Positions 36,977 through 59,218 of a DNA stretch of 64,000 nucleotides are shown here, piece by piece. This DNA is from Dimorphilus gyrociliatus. Its lineage: Eukaryota; Animalia; Annelida. The first letter of the stretch is position 1. Each line of letters starts with the position of its first letter. A program made the translations under genes and the position numbers. The stretch spans positions 186,001 to 250,000 of the forward strand of contig CAJFCJ010000030.1 of NCBI GenBank assembly GCA_904063045.1, read 5' to 3'. Below the pieces are notes generated by a model. That model did no database searches. It saw only the letters and a list, made by a program, of their open reading frames with translations, and had not been told where the DNA came from.

Positions 36977-39900
36977 CTATCTAAAAGATAAACTTTCATT
37001 AATCATTCCTATTCTCTGGTGTGATTAGGGAGATAAATAAAAAAGGGAGTTTGATCAACAGATCTCTTTCTAGTACATTATATAAATTTTATTTAGAAAG
37101 AGACAAATGAAATAGAAACAAATTTCAAATGTTGCTTTTCCTAAAGAAAGTTAAAAAGAACAGTTTTAATCGCAGCCAGCTTGAATTTATTCATGCAAAG
37201 ATTATAGATATGATTTATGTATGTATATGTAACAATAATATAAATTTTATAGAGTTTATTTCACTTCATTACCAGAATAGTCATTAAATCAATTATTATT
37301 AAAAGAAATAACAAACTGAGATTTGCTATTAAACATAATACTCCGTAGGTTACAGCATTTTCTGCTTCATTCCCTTTATGATAAGTTTCTTCTGTACTTT
37401 TATCGATTATTGCTGTTTTATAATGATTTTTTACTCTCGTTTTTAATATTTAGATATATTCTTTAATGATATGATACTTATAAGTTTTGAAAATTATATC
37501 ATTTCTACTAAATTTACCTTTACACTCTAAGTTCATTTTTGGTTGCCATTCTCCTTTCTCGGTGCAGAAAAGTGTCGATTCGTTAATTGCCGATTGAAAA
37601 GAAAATCCAGGATCGCACTGCACTTTGATATATTCACCATAGTTTTTTCCAGTCGAATTGACATTGATATTATTCCATATAGGTAAAATTGGACAGGTAA
37701 CAACTGTACGTAAAAACAAAAGCTATAGACTCTTTATAGATATAATGGTCAGTTTGCTTATTGGCTGATTTCTGCAAACGCTAGAAGGACGTTAGACCTG
37801 TGCAATTGTAGAAAACGGGAGTCCAAGTCGAATTTTCATTACAAGCTATTAATTGACGAGAACTACTTGTACTGGGAAACTTAAACCCAGAAGTGCAATT
37901 AATTTGTATGACGTCACCGTAATAGAACATTTTAGTTTCTCTATAAACGTTTAACAGAGTATTTTCATCCAAAATTGGAATTTTGCAGTTCACCTCTAAT
38001 TGGAACAAAAAAAAAGTTTATTAGACAGTTATTTCATATAGATTATATGTCATATTTTATTGCTAACTTTCACACTTGACATCTTTATAGTTTAGTTTAC
38101 CAGTTTTCATACATTTAAGTTGTAATATATCAGTTGAAGAATGAGAAAATTTATAGCCTTTATTACAAGATAATGACACAATTGATCCGTAATAAGTAAG
38201 ATTTGTTGAATATTTAGCATTTTCAACAATAGGGAAATTATCACATTTTACTTCTGTTTAGATACTTAAAGCTTTATCCTATACTGTATATCATTAGGAG
38301 TTTTACTTACTCTCACAAGCAGGATATTCACCTTTCCACTCAAGTTCATTTGAACAAATTAAGTAATTAGCAGTTATAGATCTATAGCCATCGTTACATG
38401 TGTAATTAACGATCGAACCTTGATTAGCGTTATCGAACAATTTAACGGTATTTTTATAATCGGGAGGATGTGTACAACGTTGCACTATTGAAGAAATAAA
38501 TAATTAAATTATTATTCTAATAAAGTAGAAATTATTCTTTAGATTTTATTAAGTATTTACTTGTACAAGCTGTGGGAATGCCATCCCAATTACCCGTTTC
38601 AAGACATTTTACAGTTGTAGACGTAAATCCAGTCAAAAATTTATAACCATTGCGACACACGTACTCAATTTGGTAATTTAAAAAGTATTGTGGTTGAGGA
38701 AATTTAATTATAGCATTTGTCACATTTGAAGGGTCTTGACACATTATAACTGTTGAAAAGTAATAAAAGAAGGTATTAGAAAGGAAAATGTGTTGAAAAA
38801 AAATACTTTGGCAATCTGATAGGGTATCATTCCACTTTTTAGTCGCTAAGCATTTAATAAAAATAGAGAGACGACCATCTTTAAATTTATATCCTTCTCT
38901 ACAACTAGCCTTGATAACATTCCCATAGGCAGTATTTTCTTTACTTAGTCTCATTTCCTTAAATTTAGGAATATGGGGACATTGTTTTTCTATAAGATTA
39001 TATAAATAAATATGTGTTTAGTATTTAAATTTAATTGACTGCCTTGGCAGGAGAATTTCAAGGTTGACCATCCATTTTCATTGCAGTTAATTGTCTTTTC
39101 ATTGGTTAAATCTGGATACTCATGGCCTTCTATACATTTATAGATTGCTTTGGTTTTTAGCTGCAGTAGTTTTGTATTAGGAAAAAATGGATATATTCCA
39201 CAGTCTGTAACGTAGATTTAAAAAGTTAATCAAATCAATTACAGTCTTTTGATGGGAAAAATGTACCAGAAAGAGGACACCAAGATGATAAACTCCATTT
39301 CCCTAGCGAAGTACACTTGACCTTATATAAATTCAAACCATCTGGGCACTGTTTTTCTATTACGTCGTTAACTCTATACTCCTTAGAACCATGTTGACAT
39401 CGAACCTCTAAGGTTTTTTTGATAAAAAAAATCAATAGTTTTAAAAAGTATTTGGACTTTTTCCTTTGAAATCTACTTCTATACTTGTACATTACAAATT
39501 ATTGAAATTGTAATATATATCATTCTAACCTATACAATCTTGTAGCCTAGAGCTCCAACGACCGTTGCTGAGGCATTCTAATGTTCTAAATCTGCTACCA
39601 TCAGGAAGAACTTTGTCAGGAGGACATGTGATAGTAATTACAGAGCCAACTTTGTACTTGTCCGCAAGATTTTCTCCCATTGATCGTTCGAGATTAGTAC
39701 AAGTTGCTAGAGAAGTAAAGAAAATAGAATATTATAAGAAAACAGGTAAAATATAATACTAATTTTTTAAAAGCTGGCATGTATATAAAAATTAATAGTT
39801 AATGTACGCTGTAAATAACACCCATTGGCTATTTTTACTTGTAGTACCGTCTTTTGGTACTGCATCTATAGGCCTAGCTGTTTTCGCAAGTTCGTCGATT

Positions 39901-41932
39901 GTTGTTGATTTAGATCCCCATAAATCGTTTCTAAATTGTTGCGTATATGAATTATGATAGTTTCTCCTTTAAAAAAATTGTAAACTCAACTGATTGGTAA
40001 ATTTTGAAAGAGATTCCGTGCTTGTTTCTATTTCATAGCTTTGTTTAAAAGGTTTATTGCTTTTATCTGCTTTTGATTGGAATGCTTGTTTCGGAGTTGT
40101 AATCGACGCCGAAATGCCCGTTGACGCTTGGACAATGGTCGATATTAGACGAGTCGATTTAGAAGATGATATTGAAGATGAAAAGGTCGATTGAGTCAAT
40201 GTAGAAGTTATACTGTTATCAATCGATGTTGTAATCGATTGTGAAATAGTTTCATTAAAGATACTATTTTTGTTTGTTGACTCTGTGATTTCATTTGGAA
40301 TAGTCGATGTCTCACTTGAATAATTTTCTTGAGTTCCTAAAGCAACTTGGGTTGTAACTATCGGTTTAGTAGCTGTCTTTGTCAATTTTGTTTTTTCCCA
40401 TAATTGACTAGTTTCCGCTGTATTGATCAGCATAGTTGTTGTACTTTTAGAAATTACGTTTGTACGTGAATCTGTTAAAAACAAGGTTTTATATAAATAT
40501 TAATAAGGCGTTGTTAATGAAATTTAAATGAAAATTTTACTACCTACCGTTAACGCACAACACGTAATTTTTTGTTGAACAATTAACAATCATTAACTCA
40601 TCAGAACCGATTACACAATCGATACCGTTAGAAGATGCCTTTGGTTGACTTGATTTCCATTTCCAATTGTTATCAATTAGACTGTTTTATGGAATATTTA
40701 AATATTCTAATTCATTCTCAGACTTGTTAGCAGAAAAATAAAAGAAGGAAATGAAGGTTACCTATCATCTGAATCAAATCTTACGTCATTATTCTTCATA
40801 TGCATTCCCAAGAAAAAAGATTCAGTCTTTAATTCCAACGCAAATCTATATATAAATTTATATATATACTGTATATATATATATATAATAGAATGTTAGG
40901 AAACGATTTATCTTTATACTTAAGTTTAGGATCAATTGTACATATGTGCTTGTAGGTATTTTCCCAAACTTGTCCATCCATTTCCATCAGGTTATACCCT
41001 AAATTGGTGCAGATGTCCTTGGATTCGCTTTTACGAAACGCATCGTTAATTATGCAAAACTCGTAGTTGTTGTAGTTAACTTTATAGGTGCAAGCTGACA
41101 GGTAATAATGGAAGTGTATGTTGTTTTTTTCAACTTGGTAAATTAAAATGCATAGACTATGAAGTTGATAATTAAATGGACAAGAAACACAGTTACATAT
41201 ATTTAAAAGTCGAAGGATGACAGACATAGAAGTTCAAGTTGAAAGCTTAGAAAAAATATATTTTATTAGACCTAGTTTAACCGATATAGAATTTAAACTT
41301 TATTAAATATTCTTACTAGAGTTAAGCACTTGAGAACAGAGTATGAAAACTTTGTCCTTTTTGGAGCAATCTTTCGCTTTCCATTTAAATGGTTCTTTTA
41401 AATCAATCATTGCGCAATCTCCTTTATCGTTTTCTTGCTTGGTCCATCCAACTGCGTCTGCTAAATCAGGATTTAAAACAGTACAATCGGGCCATATCCA
41501 ATTACCACTTCCTTTAGGAATTTGCATAAGAGGTAAACGAATCTTTCTATGTGCAAACAATCAGAGAAATTGTAGAAAGAAATATATTAAATTTAATCAA
41601 CTTGAGGAGTAAAGCAACACAACATGGTTAACTTACTTATATTTCACTTTTGTGGATTTTTCAGGGTGTAAAAGTTTAGAAGTAACTAATTGTTGATAAG
41701 ATGTTAGATTATTAGGAAATGTTAAAGCAAACGTTGCATGAGCATCTTTGACGCTTGAACAAAATCCCGCTGAATCCGTCATGGGGATAGATTTCTTTGC
41801 CACACAGTAGAGTCTGCCGTTAATAATAGTCGGGTTAGACAAATTGCATTCCAAGGAGTTCGTTGTCTCCAAACGATGAATACTTAAAACAATAACGGTA
41901 AGGAAAGTTAGAGCAGGAATAAAATAATTCAT
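36977..41932 (-). CDS. Type I membrane protein: signal peptide, 2 C-type lectin-like domains, Ser/Thr mucin stalk, ~9 CCP/sushi modules, TM, short tail
   Basis: Signal MNYFIPALTFLTVIVLS. CTL cysteine and WIW patterns in exons ~41932-41300 and ~41100-40545. Thr/Ser-rich exon ~40470-39975. Nine one-exon CCP modules (C..P..C..G(Y/F)..C...G.W....C) between ~39700 and ~37520. TM exon 37412-37273; last exon 37015-36977 is less certain. Confidence 0.82.
40861..40887. mobile_element. Putative Tc1/mariner excision footprint (TA)n-CTG-(TA)n; representative of 17 dispersed copies
   Basis: TATATATA-CTG-TATATATATATATATA in an intron. TAC(A/T)GTA is the established footprint of elements with CAG..CTG ends that insert at TA. 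No intact element was seen. Confidence 0.5.
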
Positions 41933-42402
41933 AATTTTCCAAGTATAGACCTAAAGGGGCAGACTCCACTTGGATGATTAAACGTTCCGAAAGATCAGAA
42001 GAACCTAATCGATTTGGTTTTGCTTACTCGACTAATGCATTGAATGTACAATTCATCGGAAGCGGGGTTTACATTCCTAAAAAGTGTAATGGATCTTGAA
42101 TCGACGTTTATTCATATTGTTTTAAAAATCTATAATCTTTTATGCTATTTAAAAAAAAGGAACTTGTGTGATAATTTTCTTTCTTTATCAAATTCAGCAA
42201 GTAAATGAGCAGGAAATAAAAGAATAATACTTGGAGGATTTATCAGTTTTTTGGGTAAAACTTAGAAATAACATCAACGGCATGAAAATCAAAAAGCCTA
42301 CTCACTATCCATTTTGAATTAATTTTACTAATCTTTATTTTTCAGAAATAAACAGATGGAAGGAAGAAAGCAAAGGCAGATAAATAGATTGATTGATAAA
42401 TG

Positions 42403-42446
<44 letters not shown>
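42403..42446. repeat. (GATA)n microsatellite followed by a (GA)n run
   Basis: Tandem GATA units; they explain the YLSI repeats in spurious ORF 42335..42577. Confidence 0.95.
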
Positions 42447-44416
42447 TATAGATAGATATATTGATAGCTAATAAGAGAGAGAGAGAGAGAGAGAAAGGCA
42501 GAGAGAAGGAGAAACATGAAAAAAAACTCGGATATATATAAGAAGTAATTGTTCATTTCAAATATTCTTAAATTCATTAGATTATTTAAGTAACAATTAA
42601 TAAAAACTGGGAGATTCCTAAAATTTAAAGACAGAATAAGAATTATATTCAGTGTGGTCTTAGGCAGGCAAATGAATGATTTCTTTGATTTTTCTCTTTT
42701 CTAAAGCTATTCCTCCCCATCTTTTTCATATCTCTTTAAAGCAATAATCTACCTTTTCTTTCTCTTTTTTCATTATTTAATCTAAAGATATTACCAAATT
42801 TGTTTCATGATGCGAATGCAGGTGCATCTGCAATCTTATTTATGGGGCGTGTGAAAAAAAAGACTAACACTCAAGAGAATGGAAGTTATATAAATATAAA
42901 TATATTTATATTGTATGCAAAATATATTGCAGAAACGTGTTCGTACTGATTTTAAAAAGTGGCTTTTTTTGCTTAGAATAAGCGAAAGAAAAATTACAGA
43001 AGATGAGTAATGTAGATATTATTAATTTTTTTTTGCCGATTGTAACCTATAAAATTTCCTATTGTTTTAGCTTTCCATATATATATAAATGCTGTATATA
43101 CAGTATATATATAGACAGTATATATATAATATATATATAAATTATATTTATATATATATATATATATCTGTGTGTATGCCTTATAGGTAGTTCAAGAATA
43201 ATTGTAGAAAATGCTTACTTAGAATCTACATCAGAATAAATTATCATTATATAAAAACCAAACGACAGCGCACCTATCCTGTAAGTTAAAGCAATCTGCA
43301 TTAACAGTAAAAGCCGCCTATGAGCAGCAATATACTGCAAAACCCTACCGGCAAGAGAAACTCGTGTCAATAAGCGTCTCTCGACGCAGCGTCAGGTAAC
43401 GTTCGGACTGTCGATATTGACAACAAGTTGATTTAACAACGTCCAAATATCTTCAGATTTTAGTGAAGGTTATTATTAATTTTTATTCTTAAATAATTGA
43501 AATCGGTACAAAGAAGTTCTTAAGCAGAAAGAAATCTTGTTTCGGATAATTTTTGAGAAACTTCTATATATGCATGACTTAAATGAAAATTCTCTCAGAC
43601 AGAGTTTTCAGGAGGATTTTTATTTTCATTTCCAATAGGAACGTAAAGCAAGAAAAAGATTTCTTTTTGCAGGTGTCGAAAATCGATGCTAATCTTTGCT
43701 GACGCTGACGTTTTAGATCTTATTTCGTCCTTTTTGAAAGGAAAGACGCCCTTTTCACGTAAGGCGTCTTGTAAAATTACTGGTCTTATATAAAATTGCC
43801 TTTACCGAATTACAGTGTCGCCTTTCATGTTATTCTTTTTTTCCTGATTCTCTTTTGCCATCTTCCTGTCTTCTTTTACACTTTAATAGACAATTAAGCA
43901 GGTGTTTTAGTGATCTATATGCTAATTTTAAACTGTGAAGAAGAAGAAAAAGTATTTGCAACAATGTTTACATATGCTACGAAAGAGCTAAGGTTTCAAT
44001 TATTAGAGGTATATAACGAATAAAAACGTGATTATTACTTCTGTCAGCAAAGAGAAATGACTATTATTTGCCAATAATATATTTTATACCAAATAAAATT
44101 ATAGACAATATGTTGTATATGGCAGAAATATAATGTAAATAGGATATAGAAGGTAAAATATAGATTAAATTCACATTAAAAGTTTGTCTATTGTATATTT
44201 AAAAAATATATATATATATTGTAATAACACAAATCATTATTTTTCTTTATAATAATAACGATCTTTTTTTCCAATGATACTAACTTTGATATAACTTCCT
44301 GTATCTTATCCAATGAAGACTAATTACTTTTTGATTTTTCTCATTTTTTCTTCTTAACAGACATAATATGCAATGCGGAAGAAATAGATTTAGGTGAAAA
44401 CTAAATAAAAAAAAGT

Positions 44417-53990
<9,574 letters not shown>

Positions 53991-54543
53991 GCAAGGATGG
54001 AGTTTTAGAGAAAATGGGGCGCCGTTATATTGCCAAAATACTTCATTAGGACACTCTCAAATTACCAAATTCTTTTCTCTTTTTATTGACTATAGTTATC
54101 TTTGTCCATCTTTACTTTACTTTTCCAAACTATATATTTTTATCTCTGGTCTTTGTCTAGTAAGTGTAAGTTTGTTTTTGTCTATAATTTCAAACGAAAA
54201 TTATGAAAATGAAGAAAAAAATATGTACGTTTACGTTACGTAACAGTATTTTATATATATATGTATTCATATATATTGCCTAAAGGGCTGAAATCTGCAT
54301 GGTTTTACAAAAATATATTGTTTTTCGTCATTTTTAAAACGTCTGATGTTAAGCATATATAATATAACGTATATTATAAACTAATAATATTGAAGGTATC
54401 TTTTTGCAACATACTGAATGTCTCGTTTTTTCTCATCTCAAAGAAATTTAACAATTATCTTACTTATATGACTTGCAAAGTTAACGTATTTAATTATTTA
54501 GTAAATATTAATAAATTACCAAATATATAAATTTATACAGTAT

Positions 54544-54574
<31 letters not shown>

Positions 54575-55448
54575 AATTTATATGTACTGTATATATGCTC
54601 TTATAATTGTATACAATATCTTCTTTATAGATGACTTATAGAGGTAATTTTTCTATCTGTTATTAATGTTTCATAGCTCTTTAACTTATTTTTCCTTATT
54701 ATTTCCATATTTTATTTGAACGAATTCGATCAAACGTATTAAGCGTATACTTAAATGAAAAACAGGAAGGGTACTCAACCATATACTAGTAGAACACTCA
54801 GTCAAGCTTTAAGCTTGAGAAAACAAGGTAATATGTCACTAATGACAGCCATAACGCATACGTTACAGATTTCATACTGGTAAAGGATTTATACAGGTTG
54901 TCAAATCGGAATAATCAGCCTAAGCATTTTCTAAAAGTAGAGGAATAAACCATAGAAAAGAGTCTAATAAATTGCATAATATATACAGTATAGTATATAC
55001 AGTCATTTTCTTCTTCAAAATAGAACGTTTACATAAGCAAAAAATGTAATATTTTTATCACTGGATCTAAATAAGCTATGTAATCTGGTGTTAGATATCA
55101 AAGAAAGCGAAATTAAAGTCGTAGAGGTTGTCTTTCTAATATTTATGTGTTGAAATAACATTTGTTAATGTATTTTTACCGAAAAGTTTTTATAGTTTCT
55201 CACAGTAAATTTAATTGGTTTTTACATTCTTAAAAAAACAAAATTCTTTAAGAGTATTCCTCTCTGATTAGAATACAGTTTAATCTCCAAAACAAAAAAA
55301 AAACAGAGTAAAAAAAACCTCAACAAACGAGTAAATTCGATAGGCTTGTAAACAAATACATATTGCCTATCACTTGGAGTAGTAGCTGGTTGATTGGAAA
55401 ATGCTATCACGCTATTTATTTAGTTTGGAAGTGTTCAGTGTTGATAGT

Positions 55449-55479
<31 letters not shown>

Positions 55480-57198
55480 CTTTACATTATATAAATTTAT
55501 TTCTTCAACATAATCTCATTTAAATATTTTCTTACATGATCAAAAAGATAGAGGAATAAAAAAGAACGTCATTTATTTCCTTTCTTCTTTTTTTTGTCTT
55601 TTCCTATTAATTAGACTTTTCTGAATATTGTATTCTTTTTATTTTTCTGATATCTTTAAAGAAGAGTATTTTAGAGGGATAAAGAAGAATAGAAATTTCA
55701 ACAAAGCATTCGAAGGAAATAATCTAATTATTTACATTTAAAAATACATAATATATATTTAATTATGTAGAAATGTCTTTTTTAAAATATATATACTGTA
55801 TATATGGAGTATATAATGAATTTTTTTCGGTTTTTCATGGATCAAAATCAACTTTTCTTTCTTTTCTTTGAAGTTTACTGCTCTTTAAACATATAAGAAT
55901 TAATATATATATAGCATCTAGAGATTTATATACGTTTTACTTTTTCGATTTTCTCTACTAAAGATAGTCTATTTAGCATTATTTTTATTTTTGTTATTAA
56001 AGTAGCTGTTTTAGTTTTTTTCTGTAATTGATACAATAATTAATTATTTGTTTCAAGTAAGAATTGAAAATCTGGCAAAAACTAGAACATGATACTTGGA
56101 TGTCATGTAAAATATATGTATGCTGTGTATACTACATACTATTTATAAAGTTATACATATAAATGTATATATATATACTGTACATTTTGAAAAACAAGCT
56201 TTTTATGTAAAATTTATAATTTTTAATGACATATCTTTCTTCTTTATCAATAACATGTTTAGTTTGTAATGTACGTTTAAATATACATGTATCATATACT
56301 TTATGTACAGTACAAGCATGTAAATATAAACCTATATACGAATAATTATACAACATATTCTAATTATAGCATTGTTGTCTTGAATATAAAAAAATGGAAT
56401 ATAACGAAGTGCGAATCCTTTTTATAGAGAAAAATTACAAGGTGACATTTAAATACATGGACATTATATATTCTTTTGTATCTTTTGTTTATCAAAGCTA
56501 CCTTTACATTGTAAGGATATAAGGCAGTGAATCTTATTACCTAGGCAACCGAGTACTTATATATGAAGTTCTATTGATGTATAAATTTCTCTAGTAAGTC
56601 TAATTCTTCTGCTTATATCATTACTATATAGTACTGAAGGTCTGATGTATTTACATGTATTTTTACGAATGATTTAACTGCAGTGTGTTTTAATACATCA
56701 TTAACGTATATCACAATATAGCTATTCAATTATAACATATCACTCCTGTACTCCTTAGAAAAAGTGTATATTTTTACAATAAAGTATATTCTTCTTGTAA
56801 TATACTAATATGTATATATATGTATGAGTATGGTGAACTCTTTAGCATTTTCTAAATAAAGTTCTTACTAAAAGTCATTTTATATTTCATTATTACTTGA
56901 TTTAAATTAAAAATATTTTCTACTATTTATCATTCCAAGTTATCTAGCCAAATCTACAACCATATAGCAAATATTTTCATATTGTTTCATTCTCATCCTT
57001 TTATTTACCGAGTTTCTTATGTCTTTTTAATTTGCTTCACTTTTTATTAATTTTCTATTTCATTGTACTTGAATATTTGTGGGTGGTTATATAGTATACA
57101 TACACCCAAAAAGATTTTTCTTTCGTGGTAAGGTATCTGAGTCAAAGTAAAAGCATTCAATCATATTTTCAGTTCTAGGAATTCCTTTAAAGGCTTTG

Positions 57199-57312
57199 TT
57201 AAAGACACTCTAATTCAGGCGGGAAACCAGGTGGTGGTCTGATCGTGGTATTATCTCTCGTAACCCTGCTTACTCTTCCTCTGACATATACATCAATGAA
57301 CCATCTATACAT
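57199..57312 (-). CDS. Candidate 37-aa small ORF or terminal exon (MYRWFIDVYVRGRVSRVTRDNTTIRPPPGFPPELECL)
   Basis: Isolated GC-richer island in a long AT-rich interval, with an ATG in AAAATG context. I recognise no homolog and could not link upstream exons. Confidence 0.25.
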   Translation of the reverse strand: MYRWFIDVYVRGRVSRVTRDNTTIRPPPGFPPELECL

Positions 57313-59189
57313 TTTCTCTATGTCTTCTTATATTCATTCACAGTTCTGAATATTTTATGATAGAAGAAATGTCAAATCAAACTTATAGTGAATTTTCAAT
57401 TTAAACCAAATCTTCTGATATTCCAATGGGGAAGAAATATATCTTCCCTCTGTCAGGGCATTAAATAGTGGTTTTCTTTCAATTCGATGTAAAATTAAAT
57501 TTAACTCTCCATATCCTCTTTATTCATGTGTACATTTCCTCCTAAGTCATTAAAATATGCAGTTTATTTTTAATTTTTAAAATATTTAGAAAGACTACAC
57601 TATGAATGCAATTTGTTTGAAAAATTATATATAGAAAACGCTTCCTATACATGTTAGATATGCAGTATAAGTATACAAAATTTGTATTTGATCTATAAAT
57701 GCTGTCTATGTAAAACAATTAAACCTAATATTATCCAGGTATTTTTTCTTTTAAGTATTAGATTTAAAATGAAAGAAACGTCTATTGATAGATTTTCAGC
57801 GCTTCACTTTTCTATAGGTATGAATCATTAAAACTCTTTTTTTTCTTCAACTTTAATAATATTAAATAACCCTCACTTGTATATAAATATATATAGATAT
57901 ATATAATGTACAATGTATACAATGTATAGTTTCAACTACTCTACAAGGATAGCTTTATATTTACACCTTTTTGAAAATTAAAAAAGTAAAAAGGAATACC
58001 TTTAATTACTTGTATCAATCAATGATATTAGGATAATTAAGCGAGAGTTTTTAAAGAAATAGAAAAGAACTTTATAATTATAAAGCTTGATTACATAACA
58101 ACCTCTGTTAACATATATTTTTCAGCTGTATAATGTATATTTTACAATTTATATATACTAAAATATATACATATACTAATATAGATCTATCGTTTCATAA
58201 TGAATATATATTCGATTTCACCCAATTACTTCTGTGCCTCGGAGATTATCATGATTGTGGCATAATACTGTAAACACAAATTATCATACGTTAAATTTCT
58301 TATCAAATCATTATTATAATTTCATTTCTGCGTAAGGGATGAGAAAATTTCGAGATTAATTCGACAAAAGCAATAATACAGTATTTCATTTATGATAAAT
58401 TCTCAAAAACTCGAAACTTTATTTATAGTTTCCATACTTTCTTTCGTTCTCTCTTATCTCCCAAGAGTCATCACTTTAAGTTGCAATACTAGTCAATAAA
58501 TAACTCATAAATATCTTTACTTCTGATAGGCTTATTTTTCTTTTTTTATTATAAAATATTAACACAAAAATCATCTATGAGACAAAAACTAATCCCAATT
58601 CTTTTACAAGAAAGATATATTCTATATCTGTGAATATTTCTGTGCAACTGTTCTTTCACCTATAAGCAATAATAATCACTTTTTCTATTCCTTTAAAATC
58701 TAGTATAGATGTAAATCGAATGAGCAATAGATATCTCTACTTGATAGTTTTCGCTAATCTTATTAGAAATTGATTGTTAGCACTAATTATATATAAGACA
58801 TAAGAGGGTCTAAAAAGATTATAAGCATAATATATTAAAAATACAATCTGACGTTGTTTATAAATTTTTACAAGCTGTAATACAAATATTGTAGCTGAAG
58901 TAGGTTTAACATACTTTTTAGTTTATTTATTTTTATAGCATAACATTTGAATATATAGATGTATATAGAAAACGTGTATACGAAGGAAACTTAATGAATT
59001 CATATACACCCCTTAGTCTAACAGAGAAAGAGAAAGAGAAAGAAAGGAAAAAAGACAAAATACTAGGAAGCTTTCATAAATGTCAGTTATCTTTTATGTA
59101 ATCTATCATCTGAGTAATTATATATTTAGTTCGAAAAAATATAAAAGAAAAGTAAAAGTATATATTTGTGCTATATTTATATATATTAG

Positions 59190-59218
59190 TATATATACTG
59201 TATATATATACTGTATAT
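59190..59218. mobile_element. Two adjacent putative Tc1/mariner footprints in one TA tract
   Basis: TATATATA-CTG-TATATATATA-CTG-TATA. Confidence 0.45.

Noticed and set aside
40560-40640. DC..GSDE resembling an LDL-receptor class A motif
   Set aside because: In context it is the C-terminal half of the second C-type lectin domain; the other LDLa cysteines are missing.
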